Shown piece after piece: positions 36,189 through 45,594 of a stretch of 46,654 nt of DNA (position 1 is the stretch's first letter; each line of letters starts with the position of its first letter). Source of the DNA: an uncultured Muribaculaceae bacterium (lineage in GTDB: Bacteria > Bacillota_I > Bacilli_A > RF39 > UBA660); the NCBI GenBank assembly GCA_964435635.1, contig CAYSZU010000002.1, forward strand, positions 10,262 to 56,915. The letters are read 5' to 3'. The position numbers and the translations under genes are program-made. The notes under the pieces were generated by a model that worked only from the letters and a program-made list of their open reading frames with translations, did not search any database and was not told the DNA's origin.

Positions 36189-36373
36189 CTTTTAATAATT
36201 TAAAACTTTATTATAATTTAAACGGTTTTAAACCATCTGTCAAATTAGTCGGATCAGTAAAACCATCATGTTGAGTACCAAAATTTTATTTCTCTTCGCC
36301 AAAGATTGTTTCATCTTTAACTATGGGACGAGCCATGCTCACTACATATAATTATAACTGACCAATAATCAGG

Positions 36374-36760
36374 TTATTTAATTTTTATTACTTTAGTTTT
36401 TTGCTTCTTTTTAGGACGATTAATAAAGTACATAACCCCACCAACGATTATAACGTTAGCAATTGAAGTATATAAGGTAATCCATTTATAATAGTCCATA
36501 TTTTCATTACTAAAAGATTGATCATTATAAGCTAATAAACAGCGTTGATCTTGTTCTTTTTTGCTTAATTCTTTATCTTCTTTATAATATACACAGTTAT
36601 TTATTGCATACTCTTGATAAGTATATTCCCGAATAGGTTCTTTTATTATTAACCTAATTCCACTTCCACAAGCAACAACAATTGCTGCTACTAGCCAAAT
36701 TAATAAAACCGCATTAGTAATTTTATATATTATTTCTTTTTCGCTACTAAATAGTATCAT
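36374..36760 (-). CDS. Small membrane protein (two TM helices)
   Basis: 128 aa with ITNAVLLIWLVAAIVVACGSGI and ITLYTSIANVIIVGGVMYFI. Confidence 0.55.
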   Translation of the reverse strand: MILFSSEKEIIYKITNAVLLIWLVAAIVVACGSGIRLIIKEPIREYTYQEYAINNCVYYKEDKELSKKEQDQRCLLAYNDQSFSNENMDYYKWITLYTSIANVIIVGGVMYFINRPKKKQKTKVIKIK

Positions 36761-36839
36761 ATTTCACCTCCTACTATAAAGTAATTATATCACAGCAATT
36801 TATTTCTATCAAAAATAATAATAAAATAAAAGCAAGTAA

Positions 36840-37634
36840 CTAATTACTCGCTTTAACTAATGTTATATCACAATATTGGTTATTAATTGGTGGAACTACA
36901 CTAATTAACTGTTCTTCATAATACTCTAAAAGGTCATTTTTTGCCTCGTTACTAGCTAATCTTGTTGCAAAAAATGTTAATGTTTTTTGTAAAAAACCTA
37001 AATCTTTGATGAGACATAAATCATTATAATTATACTTATATAGTGCCTCCATTGCTTGTTTAATAATTTCTAAGATTTGTTGGTAATTAGTTTCATTAAT
37101 TGTTATCCCGCTTAAAACATCTAACGTGTTATGATAACGACGAACTAAAATTAAACTTGCTATGACATTAGAAATGGTTGTTAGATCTTCGTTAATATCT
37201 GCATAACCATTTTTGTATAAGTTAATAATTAGCTTTCGCACTTTATACTCAATACCATCGGAAGTAATAAAATGTTTATAGGCATGAATTAAATCATAAA
37301 TGTGCCCATTAATAAAACTAGTAATCTCTTCAGCTGGCTTAAAATAATCACTTTCAGTTTTAGTACTAACAACGCCATTGCTCAAGAACCTTGTATAATA
37401 TTCGGCATCACGGTTTTCACAGCATGCTTGAGGATAGCTTTCGTTGATGGCTCCTATTAACATTTTGATAATAAGAAGAGTATTTTCATCAGATAGATTA
37501 TGCACTTTAATCATATTAGAAAATAACCCGTTCTTATCATAGCATGGTTTTTCTATTAACATTTTGTATAGCGGAATATTATATTCGGCTTTTTGACTAT
37601 CAATTATCTCGTTTAGCCCTTCTATAACTGACAT
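36840..37634 (-). CDS. Hypothetical protein, probably the larger C-terminal part of a frameshift-split gene
   Basis: 264 aa with a weak SD. Its frame is open for 32 more codons upstream (back to the TAA at 37731-37733). It merges with ORF 37699..37833 if one T of a T5 run is removed. Confidence 0.6.
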   Translation of the reverse strand: MSVIEGLNEIIDSQKAEYNIPLYKMLIEKPCYDKNGLFSNMIKVHNLSDENTLLIIKMLIGAINESYPQACCENRDAEYYTRFLSNGVVSTKTESDYFKPAEEITSFINGHIYDLIHAYKHFITSDGIEYKVRKLIINLYKNGYADINEDLTTISNVIASLILVRRYHNTLDVLSGITINETNYQQILEIIKQAMEALYKYNYNDLCLIKDLGFLQKTLTFFATRLASNEAKNDLLEYYEEQLISVVPPINNQYCDITLVKASN

Positions 37635-37698
37635 ATATACTAATTCTTCTGGATTAATAGTTTTTAATAAGATTTCGCAATTTTTTTTAATAGTTAAA

Positions 37699-37833
37699 TT
37701 AAAAATTAAGCAGTTCGTTAGTTATGGCATAATTAAGACGGCTATTACCAACTGCTCCAATCTCTTTATCTAATAAATCTTTAAAAGCTCGTAACATACA
37801 TTGAAGATCATCTAAGTGTTGATTAAATTTCAT
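37699..37833 (-). CDS. 44-codon ORF with a strong SD, probably the N-terminal part of the split gene
   Basis: GGGAGG lies 5 nt before the ATG (37833). Translation: MKFNQHLDDLQCMLRAFKDLLDKEIGAVGNSRLNYAITNELLNF, stopping inside AATTTTTAA. Confidence 0.45.
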   Translation of the reverse strand: MKFNQHLDDLQCMLRAFKDLLDKEIGAVGNSRLNYAITNELLNF

Positions 37834-38000
37834 AACGCCTCCCACTGCCTATTTTAGGCACTTTTGTAATTGGTGGTTATTATATCATAACCAAGCGTAA
37901 TGTCAAACATTCAAAATGAAGATAATCATTATATTTCTTTATACCAAAAACCAATAGTATCAATTGTAATAAAGCCGGCTCTATTATATACTTTCTGACG

Positions 38001-38861
38001 CTAGTCATAAGAGTTAACATAAACTTTATCAATTCCAATTGTTTTAAGTTTATTAACAATCCCATGCATCATGGCAGTACATAGTCCCAAGCCTCGATAC
38101 TTTTCTCTAGTACTAACCGGTTCGATAAAAGCCGTCTTAGTTATTTTATCAACATAACAAAAACTATAAGAGCAAATATCATCATCCCGCACGACTAGAG
38201 TTTCAAAACTATCGTTAAAATAACTTGATTTTTTTCGGGCCGTATAAGATAAGGACTCCTCATTTAATAAACTACTAAGGATTCCATTATCAGCTGATGG
38301 TTCAAAACCATAATAACAAGCCTTGGCTTTTACTAAATCATCATATCCTTTACCAAATACTAGTTTAAAACCATCAGGTAATACTATTTCATAGTTAGTT
38401 TCACTTGGAATCTGACAATTATCATAATCCGAGGCCGCATCTTTTGTATATCCTCTTTTTAATAATTCCAAGCTTTGATATTTTAAGCTATCGTGTGCTA
38501 CTACTAAAAAATTAATTTTGCCATTATCTTGCCTCTTAAACAAGGGAATTAATTTTCTTTCAGCCAAGTCTAGCATTTCAGGAAAGATATATTCATAACC
38601 TTTTTTAATACTTGAATTAAAACTATCGCCATCAGGTAATATAACCCCAACTATATTACCACTATCTAACCAAATATAAATGAAGTCTTGTGATGCTTCT
38701 TGCCCTCTTTCATCTCGGTATAAAGTATCAAGTCTAAATACCAAATCATCAAATCTTTGAGGCAACCAACATTCCATGTTGTTATTTTCAAAATAACAAT
38801 TAGTCAAAAAATCTTTAATTAGTTGGTAGTCTTCATTAAAATTAAATTTTCTTATTTTCAT
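38001..38861 (-). CDS. GNAT family acetyltransferase with a premature TAG (last ~23 codons detached)
   Basis: 286 aa with the GNAT core REKYRGLGLCTAMMHGIVNKL. After the TAG the same frame continues RQKVYNRAGFITIDTIGFWYKEI-TAA (to 37929). That tail is the expected GNAT C-terminal YxxxGF strand. Confidence 0.7.
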   Translation of the reverse strand: MKIRKFNFNEDYQLIKDFLTNCYFENNNMECWLPQRFDDLVFRLDTLYRDERGQEASQDFIYIWLDSGNIVGVILPDGDSFNSSIKKGYEYIFPEMLDLAERKLIPLFKRQDNGKINFLVVAHDSLKYQSLELLKRGYTKDAASDYDNCQIPSETNYEIVLPDGFKLVFGKGYDDLVKAKACYYGFEPSADNGILSSLLNEESLSYTARKKSSYFNDSFETLVVRDDDICSYSFCYVDKITKTAFIEPVSTREKYRGLGLCTAMMHGIVNKLKTIGIDKVYVNSYD

Positions 38862-38910
38862 GCTCTCACCTTTTTTAAATTATAACATTTTATTTTAACT
38901 GTAAGGCATT

Positions 38911-38938
38911 AAAAAACAGATTATAATAATCTGTTTTT
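38911..38938 (-). terminator. Rho-independent terminator after ORF 38944..39507
   Basis: AAAAAACAGATTAT-AATAATCTGTTTTT is a palindromic stem with A and T runs. Confidence 0.55.
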
Positions 38939-38943
38939 GTTAT

Positions 38944-39507
38944 TTATCTTTTTAGGCCGTTTTCAACAACTTTTTTTTCGGCTTCTTCAGCCAAAGCGTT
39001 CACAGTATCCAAAATTGAATCACCAATTATTCTAAAAGGATAAAATTGCCCATCATCATTAACATATTGCCCTGATTCAGTGTTTAAAACATAGCGATCA
39101 ACTTTGCTAAATAATGTTTTTCCAAGAGGTTCAGAAATAATAATATCTTCTTCAATTGCTCCACTTTTATTATAAAATATAATCCGTTTTTCAAGTCTTT
39201 CGAGTTGTCCTTCTAGCGGAACAGAAATTTCAGTTCTAAATTTTGAAACTTCTTCACTTTCTGTGTCCTTTGGATAATACAAAAAACTGGCTTTAATTTC
39301 TGTGTTCCGCCCGCTAGCATTTTCAAAGATAGAAACACTTGTGGCTTTCCAAATTTCAGGAATACTAGCAAATGGTCCCCTAAGACGATGATAAACATAT
39401 GATCCCATATCTAGTACATCAACGGTGGTAACCCTTTCATGATTTTCGTCATAATTCTGCTGATCAGAAAAAGTTTTTCTACTTTTACTATCAATAATAA
39501 GATCCAT
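38944..39507 (-). CDS. Hypothetical protein
   Basis: 187-aa ORF with SD GAAGGAG and its own extended -10 promoter (TGATATAAT) upstream. I recognise no family. Confidence 0.55.
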   Translation of the reverse strand: MDLIIDSKSRKTFSDQQNYDENHERVTTVDVLDMGSYVYHRLRGPFASIPEIWKATSVSIFENASGRNTEIKASFLYYPKDTESEEVSKFRTEISVPLEGQLERLEKRIIFYNKSGAIEEDIIISEPLGKTLFSKVDRYVLNTESGQYVNDDGQFYPFRIIGDSILDTVNALAEEAEKKVVENGLKR

Positions 39508-39705
39508 AACACATCTCCTTCATATATATTTATATTATATCATTTATCTTTGATTTATAAATAATTTTTATCTTATTTATCGTTTTTAAGTCAATAAAAT
39601 AGAATCGGGCTATCTACCCTTATTTCTAAATTACCATTCTTATCACTAACATTCATTATTTTAACCTTCTTACTATTATAATCATAAACCAATTAGATAT
39701 AAATA

Positions 39706-41508
39706 TTACCCCAAAGTTTGAACAGAAACTGCTCCTTCAAATATTTCGTTAGGAAATTCATTTTGATCTATTCTTACCTTTTCTTCTAGTAATTTTTCTC
39801 TAATAGTTTCAATATCATCGCTTTGATTTTTAGAAATAAGAGCGGCATTAATAATCGTTTCATTTGATATCTGTTTATTTGACTTAGCAACTATTATGTT
39901 GCCAGCCATAGTTAAAAACATATTAAAATTATTCCCGCTTGGGTTTGCTTTTGCGTTGTCATAAGTTTCTTTTAAACTATCATGGGCAGCTAAGTCAATT
40001 TGTGATAAAACCGTCATGATTTTATCACAAACAAAACGATACATCGTGATTATATTATTTTTTTCCTTTAACCCGGAATTTTGATTTCTTCTGTACTCGA
40101 TATTTAAAAAAACGTTTATTTTTTCACAATAATCTTCAAAACTATGCACATCAAATATTAAATCAAGGTTTGTTAAATCCATGGCATAATGGGATTTTTG
40201 CATACTGTCATAACTTACCGCAGCATAGTTATAATAATCTTTTCCCATCCCATTATCCCAAGTGGGATCAGCAATATAATAACCATTTATGCCATATTTA
40301 GGATCTTCTAGATTAACCATTACCCGTGCGTGACCAGAAGAGATTATTTGTTTACCTTCTTCATATTTTCGAACCCATGTTCCATAAATAATAGCATTAA
40401 TGCCAACCTTATCTAATAAGGTAATTAATAATTTGGAAAAACCAACACAAACCATGTATTCGCCATCTAAAATGTATTTTAAATCCCGCGCTTGATCTTT
40501 ATCTTTTTCATTTTCTTTATATGGCTTATAGTTTTTAACGATATTATAAACCGCTAAATATTTTTCAAAAGGTGACATTGGGCTATTTTTAATATTTTCA
40601 ACTAGTTTAGCCAATTTTTCTTCTTCTTTTTTATAAGCGCTATAAGTATAGTCATTAGCATCACTAATTAGAATTAGTTTAATACTTTGGCAGTCATAAC
40701 TATATTTTGCAAATAGACTCCTTTTATTAACCAAAAGAGAAACCATGTTTTTTTTGCCGAGACTCTCTAATTGGTCAATAATTTTTTTTGCCCCCCGATA
40801 ATAGTTTTCTTCTTCTGTCGCGGTTGGATGACCATCTAAATTATAACTATATTCCCCTGAAGAAATAATAATATCTGCTTGGTCATTTACATACTTTAGA
40901 TTTTCAAAATCATGTTCATTTAAATCATATTTAATATATATTTTCTGATTTTCATTTAGTTCTTTCATGCTATAAGTACCGATAACTCTATCAGTACTTA
41001 CTTTAGTAATATTATTTCTTTTAAGGATTCTCGCCACAATGAAATTATCATTTAACTGTTTAATTTGTTCTTTAGTTAAATCGATATTTACAAAATCATA
41101 TCTTCGGCCTTTAATAGCAAGTAGTTTTTCAAATAACTCAGCGGAAAATATTTGCTTATCTACTACAACATAAGGGTCTTTTGATTCTAAAACATATTTA
41201 ATCATTTCGTTAAAAATAGCATCCTTGTGTTTTTCAAAGAATGATTTATTAATCATAATACTAGATATAAAAGACTTATCCGTAATTGCAATAGAGTGTT
41301 GTTCATCAGTCATTATTAGGAATATATTGGCTTCAGCAGCTTTGCAATCTAAGACGTTATCAATATCATCACCAGGTGAAAATTTATCTTTTACCGTTAT
41401 AATTTTACCTTTTCTTATAAGATCTAGTAAAACATCAAGATCATTGCTAAAAGAATAGTACTTGGCAAAACTCGATTCCCAAAGATTAATTTTGTCCATC
41501 TGATTCAC
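39706..41508 (-). CDS. Large transglutaminase/papain-like fold protein (paralog family member)
   Basis: 600 aa with PFEKYLAVYNIVKNYKPYK ... YMVCVGFSKLLITLLDKVGINAII ... SGHARVMV ... YYIADPTWD, the classical transglutaminase-like C / H / D spacing. Confidence 0.6.
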   Translation of the reverse strand: MNQMDKINLWESSFAKYYSFSNDLDVLLDLIRKGKIITVKDKFSPGDDIDNVLDCKAAEANIFLIMTDEQHSIAITDKSFISSIMINKSFFEKHKDAIFNEMIKYVLESKDPYVVVDKQIFSAELFEKLLAIKGRRYDFVNIDLTKEQIKQLNDNFIVARILKRNNITKVSTDRVIGTYSMKELNENQKIYIKYDLNEHDFENLKYVNDQADIIISSGEYSYNLDGHPTATEEENYYRGAKKIIDQLESLGKKNMVSLLVNKRSLFAKYSYDCQSIKLILISDANDYTYSAYKKEEEKLAKLVENIKNSPMSPFEKYLAVYNIVKNYKPYKENEKDKDQARDLKYILDGEYMVCVGFSKLLITLLDKVGINAIIYGTWVRKYEEGKQIISSGHARVMVNLEDPKYGINGYYIADPTWDNGMGKDYYNYAAVSYDSMQKSHYAMDLTNLDLIFDVHSFEDYCEKINVFLNIEYRRNQNSGLKEKNNIITMYRFVCDKIMTVLSQIDLAAHDSLKETYDNAKANPSGNNFNMFLTMAGNIIVAKSNKQISNETIINAALISKNQSDDIETIREKLLEEKVRIDQNEFPNEIFEGAVSVQTLG

Positions 41509-41585
41509 CTACTCTTATAGATTATTATATCAAAAAACCACTATTTAAGCGCGTTTTATGTTATAATTTACATGAAGGTGTTAAT

Positions 41586-42833
41586 ATGAGTGTAAATAGT
41601 TTTATTGCCCATCAAAAGAATAAAAACGATAGTAAGAAGGCATCTAGTATACTTAGAAATTATGAAGCAAATAGCCGGGAACTAATTGAAGCTTTAATTG
41701 CCACTAAGGTGACGGATGTTAATTTTTTAATTTTAGGTAATTCATTATCTTCTGGTTATTCAATGAGTGATAAGATTAGAATTTTTTTTGATCAAAATAT
41801 GATCCTAAGAAATCAATTAGCAATAAATAATATTAATTGCCAAATCTATCCTTTTAGCCTAGTTGCTGGTAATAGTAACGGTAATATTTTAAATTTAATC
41901 AATAGCAATAGGAGTCTTGCTGATGTTAAAAGAATCTTTGCTCATGATTTAGACTTAGAGCATTCTGTTAATAACAAGCGAATCATTGATTCTGAAGCAA
42001 TCAAGGCTTATAAAAAAACCGGAAGAGTTCCCGTTGGTTCGGTGCGCCAGCTAGATTATAAAGAATTTTATCAAATAAATGATGAAGATGATAATATAAA
42101 AATTCAAGATTTATTAAAGGTTAAAAAACCAGGGACCCAAAACATTGTAATTCTTAATGGGTTTACGGGCGAATTAATGGATATGATTTTTCGTGATGGT
42201 AAGATTCATTTATTGCCAAAGTATTTAAAAGATGAGTTTAGGAATATGTATGCCATTTTAAAGACAATTATTGCTCATGATGATGAAGTAATGATAATTG
42301 TTGGGGCCATTCCTGAATATAGCTATACTGGTGGTAAAATACCAGTTCTTGGCCCGGTTATTAGTTTATATAATCGGGCTATTAAGGAAAATGTTTTAAG
42401 TACGACTAATAGTTATTTAACTAAACCAATTAATATTGGTATCTTCCATAATAATCAAGGTCACGTTATTGTTGATTGCCATGGTAATCAATTTGAATAC
42501 TTAGCCTTAAGTAATGCTTTTTTAGCAACTGCGGCTGATAATTACTTAACTAATAGAATTTTTTCTAGCTATTATAAAACATTTAAAAAACACGTTGAAG
42601 CTTACACCCTTGAGACAAATAATAAACATAAGATTGATTATGGCATGTTATTTAGTGAATTAAACGAACTTCTTGAAATAAGTGATCATGTTAATGATGC
42701 TAAACTATTAGCCGGCTTAAATAAATTCAAGACTTATTATAATACTTATTATCATGATGATTTTTACCCGACTAATAAAATAATAATCAATGATCAACTT
42801 GATATTCAAAGGTTAATCTTAAAAAATAAGTAG
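41586..42833 (+). CDS. Hypothetical protein with an SGNH/GDSL-hydrolase-like block I
   Basis: 415 aa with FLILGNSLSSGYS (resembling GDS(L)) and a later VDCHGN. It is divergently transcribed from ORF 39706..41508, from an extended -10 promoter (TGTTATAAT). Confidence 0.55.
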   Translation: MSVNSFIAHQKNKNDSKKASSILRNYEANSRELIEALIATKVTDVNFLILGNSLSSGYSMSDKIRIFFDQNMILRNQLAINNINCQIYPFSLVAGNSNGNILNLINSNRSLADVKRIFAHDLDLEHSVNNKRIIDSEAIKAYKKTGRVPVGSVRQLDYKEFYQINDEDDNIKIQDLLKVKKPGTQNIVILNGFTGELMDMIFRDGKIHLLPKYLKDEFRNMYAILKTIIAHDDEVMIIVGAIPEYSYTGGKIPVLGPVISLYNRAIKENVLSTTNSYLTKPINIGIFHNNQGHVIVDCHGNQFEYLALSNAFLATAADNYLTNRIFSSYYKTFKKHVEAYTLETNNKHKIDYGMLFSELNELLEISDHVNDAKLLAGLNKFKTYYNTYYHDDFYPTNKIIINDQLDIQRLILKNK

Positions 42834-42883
42834 TTAAATATTTTCCAACTAATACATTAGTCATCGCAGATTAAAAATGAGTG

Positions 42884-43750
42884 TTAATGCCAATCGGCAA
42901 TTAGTTTTTCACTTATTTTCATCTTGCCATCCCCAACCCCAAGATTATGATTAACTTTGTTTTTTCCGTGGTAGTCAGATCCACCACATTTATATAATTG
43001 ATGTTGATTACAGTAGTCTATTAAATATGCTGTTTCTTGATCGCTAAAAGTTGTATAATAACACTCTATTCCATCTAATTTATATGAATTAATAATGTTA
43101 TCCAATTCTTTTATTATTGTTGCTGAATAAGCAAAGGGATGAGCTAAGAAAGCAAAGCCCCCAGCTTGATGAATCATTTCTATTGTCTTTTCTAAACTCG
43201 GATATAAAGATGATTCATCAACATATAAAGGACTTTTTGGATTATATACTTCATTTCTTGAAAATCCCATATTGCTTTCAATAGAACTTTTTTCCAGGAA
43301 GAACTTTAAGTTTTCTTGGTATTTTTTTATTTCATTACAAAAAGCAACTCTACTCGATTCTTTTTTGGGGTTAAATTTAATATTTTTAGGATTAAATTTA
43401 ACCCCAATCTTTTTAAATTGCCTTTCAATTAATTCTGCTTCTTTTAGTTGTTTTTGGGCTAGAGTTAAAACGTTTTTACTTAATAATTCATTCATCATAA
43501 AAAGATCAAAATCATAACCTAAAATCTCTATTACTTCGCCATTATATGTCGTAGTAATTTCACAGCCGGTTACTATTTCTCCTTTGAAGAGACTTCTAAT
43601 CTCTGGCTCTTTTATTTTTTCATAGGCATTAACAGTATTATGATCGGTAATAGAAATAATTGTTAATGATAATTTATTAGCTTCGCTTAAAACTTCTTTA
43701 ACACTAGAACTACCATCTGAATTATCGGTATGAATATGCATATCTATCAT
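42884..43750 (-). CDS. PHP-domain metal-dependent phosphoesterase
   Basis: 288 aa with MIDMHIHTDNSDGS, ISITDHN, FLAHP and GGSDYHG (PHP motifs). Confidence 0.8.
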   Translation of the reverse strand: MIDMHIHTDNSDGSSSVKEVLSEANKLSLTIISITDHNTVNAYEKIKEPEIRSLFKGEIVTGCEITTTYNGEVIEILGYDFDLFMMNELLSKNVLTLAQKQLKEAELIERQFKKIGVKFNPKNIKFNPKKESSRVAFCNEIKKYQENLKFFLEKSSIESNMGFSRNEVYNPKSPLYVDESSLYPSLEKTIEMIHQAGGFAFLAHPFAYSATIIKELDNIINSYKLDGIECYYTTFSDQETAYLIDYCNQHQLYKCGGSDYHGKNKVNHNLGVGDGKMKISEKLIADWH

Positions 43751-43812
43751 TTATATCACCTTTTTAAATTATATCATATTTTCCAATATATATTATCGTG
43801 ATTGATACCAAT

Positions 43813-43847
43813 AAAAAAACGTTTATATGTATTATACAAACGCTTTT
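43813..43847 (-). terminator. Rho-independent terminator after ORF 43857..44501
   Basis: A-run 43813-43819, then an imperfect stem CGTTTATAT / TATACAAACG with one mismatch. Confidence 0.45.
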
Positions 43848-43856
43848 ATAATTATT

Positions 43857-44501
43857 TTAAATACTTACTGTAATCTTAGCAATATATCCATTACTATCAT
43901 AATCTAATGTTACTTCATATTCAGTTAACTCTTCAAGTTGATCTTTTAAGGCGCGAATCTCGTCATTATTAGAAGTTTTTGTTTCGCCAAAAATAACTGT
44001 TATAGCATAATCTTTATTAGCGTTATTAGAAGCAATAACCTCATCTAACAGATTTTTAATGAAAATGCCTTTTTTAACCCCACTGTAATTTTTAAAAGGG
44101 AAATTAAAGGTATTCTTATCTGTCTCATTTGATTTTTCGTCTTGCTCATTAGTTTTAAACTTTTCATTAATGGTATTTGATATATTATCAAATTTCTTAT
44201 TAGTGCCGATCATAGCAAAGATCGTAAATATGAATACTGACAATGTTAATAAGATAATAATTGCCCAGAATACAAGGTAACCAATTCCAATTCCTTTAAT
44301 AATTTTAAAGCCTTTTCTTCCGGCCTTCTTAAATTTTTCTTGGTTGTCTTTATCAGTAACATAATTTGCTACTTGATCAGAGCCCTTTCTTATTCCGTCT
44401 TTTAGGCCATCTGATGATCCAATTATTGGCTCATCAACATATTTTTCGTTTTCAGGGATAAATTTTTCATCGACCCCAACATAATTACCATTTTTTTTCA
44501 T
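43857..44501 (-). CDS. Single-pass membrane protein, unknown function
   Basis: 214 aa with the central TM helix IGIGYLVFWAIIILLTLSVFIFTIFAMIG. Confidence 0.55.
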   Translation of the reverse strand: MKKNGNYVGVDEKFIPENEKYVDEPIIGSSDGLKDGIRKGSDQVANYVTDKDNQEKFKKAGRKGFKIIKGIGIGYLVFWAIIILLTLSVFIFTIFAMIGTNKKFDNISNTINEKFKTNEQDEKSNETDKNTFNFPFKNYSGVKKGIFIKNLLDEVIASNNANKDYAITVIFGETKTSNNDEIRALKDQLEELTEYEVTLDYDSNGYIAKITVSI

Positions 44502-44516
44502 TTTTCTCTCCTTAAT

Positions 44517-44846
44517 TTATTCTACTACTACAGCAGTTCCCGAAGCAACTACCATTATCATTGAGCCGTTTTGGCCAATTGTTTCAACATCTATTTTGAC
44601 ACCAACTAAAGCGTTAGCCCCGATTTTCTTTGCTCGTTCCATCATCTCGCTAATTGCATCAGCGCGAGCATCAACTAATTCTTGTTCATATTCTTCAGCT
44701 CGACCACCAATAAGGTTAGTAATACTCGCCGTAATATCTTTCGTAAAATCAATCCCGCTAATTACTTCGCCAAAGACAATTCCTCTGTATTCCTTAATTA
44801 TTTTTCCTTCAAGTGAAGGTGTTGTTGAAATTATCACTCTATTCAT
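44517..44846 (-). CDS. YbjQ/UPF0145 family protein
   Basis: 109 aa: IISTTPSLEGKIIKEYRGIVFGEVISG ... GGRAEEYE ... GANALVGVKIDVE ... ASGTAVVV. Confidence 0.8.
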   Translation of the reverse strand: MNRVIISTTPSLEGKIIKEYRGIVFGEVISGIDFTKDITASITNLIGGRAEEYEQELVDARADAISEMMERAKKIGANALVGVKIDVETIGQNGSMIMVVASGTAVVVE

Positions 44847-44921
44847 TCCCTTTCTAAAAGCAAATTAACCTTGCCTCTTCTTGCCATATCATACTATATT
44901 TTGAGCCTTTTTGCAATATAT

Positions 44922-45374
44922 TTAGGCCTGCTTTTTAACCTGATAATCTTTATTATAAAACTTATAAGCATAGCGATCCGGTTGGCTTTCGGCTTCATCT
45001 TTTATGAAGCCGACTGATTCAAATAACATTTGGAAAGCGAGATTAAAACTATAAACATGACAACTAATATTTCTATTTCCCGCATAACTAATGATCCTAT
45101 TAATCAATTCCTTACCAATCCCTTTTCGCTTATAATCGTTTTTAATGGCGATCTGATTGATAACAACTTCATTGTCGGCTTCCCCAATAGCAACACATCC
45201 AACAATTCTCCCGTTATGAGTAGCTATTATTATTGCATTAGAACGAAATATCAATCTTGGCATGTGTAGAGTTCCACCATTTTCAACCAAGTTCTCTTCG
45301 ATAACGTTTTTGAAACAAACATGACAAACGTAAAAGTATTTTCCATTGTAACAATGAATTAGTTCATATTGCAT
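44922..45374 (-). CDS. GNAT family N-acetyltransferase
   Basis: 150 aa with INQIAIKNDYKRKGIGKELINRIISYA (Q/RxxGxG motif). Confidence 0.75.
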   Translation of the reverse strand: MQYELIHCYNGKYFYVCHVCFKNVIEENLVENGGTLHMPRLIFRSNAIIIATHNGRIVGCVAIGEADNEVVINQIAIKNDYKRKGIGKELINRIISYAGNRNISCHVYSFNLAFQMLFESVGFIKDEAESQPDRYAYKFYNKDYQVKKQA

Positions 45375-45417
45375 TTCTTCGACTCCCTTTTTCTTTATCT
45401 AACAACTAAACTATTTA

Positions 45418-45522
45418 CTAGTTATAATCACCATATATTTCTATTTCATTACCGTCTGGATCTTTAACTGTAAAATAATAATAAGGCTCAGAAATATTAA
45501 CATACATGATTTTGAAATATCT
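45418..45522 (-). pseudogene. C-terminal remnant of a glyoxalase/VOC-family protein
   Basis: Only ~35 codons are open: ...MYVNISEPYYYFTVKDPDGNEIEIYGDYN-stop. F.DPDGN.IE is the last beta-strand signature of VOC proteins, and there is no upstream body. Confidence 0.5.
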
Positions 45523-45594
45523 TTTATATTTAGTTTTTGTAATCTTTCATATTCTAATGCTAAGTCATTAGTATAAAAATTTAAGATGATAAGA

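Noticed and set aside
36211-36336. Minus-strand mini-ORF MARPIVKDETIFGEEK-TAA-NFGTQHDGFTDPTNLTDGLKPFKL in the gap downstream of ORF 36374..36760.
   Set aside because: It has no SD, is interrupted by an in-frame TAA, and I recognise no family. It cannot be told apart from chance, or from an unidentifiable gene relic.
30352-38003. The two in-frame TAG codons (30352-30354 and 38001-38003) as evidence for TAG recoding (pyrrolysine or suppressor).
   Set aside because: TAG terminates at least 13 well-supported genes in this window at sensible ends. Examples are 2375, 6736, 8455, 18371, 19096, 19548, 23492, 25811, 30459, 32824, 33660, 36840 and 42831, several directly abutting the next start or a terminator. 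No pyl genes are visible. Nonsense mutation is the simpler reading.
2568-45269. Nineteen short ORFs in the supplied track: 2568..2870, 5421..5642, 9173..9382, 11699..11893, 20500..20703, 23164..23346, 24775..24987, 24977..25213, 25663..25845, 32976..33161, 33610..33807, 35880..36134, 36074..36274, 37880..38065, 39213..39398, 41225..41458, 43272..43517, 44596..44868, 45030..45269.
   Set aside because: Each lies wholly or mostly inside, or antisense to, a longer ORF with recognisable family motifs or clear operon context. Their translations are low-complexity I/L/F/K/N/S-rich shadow frames typical of AT-rich DNA, and none has a convincing SD.
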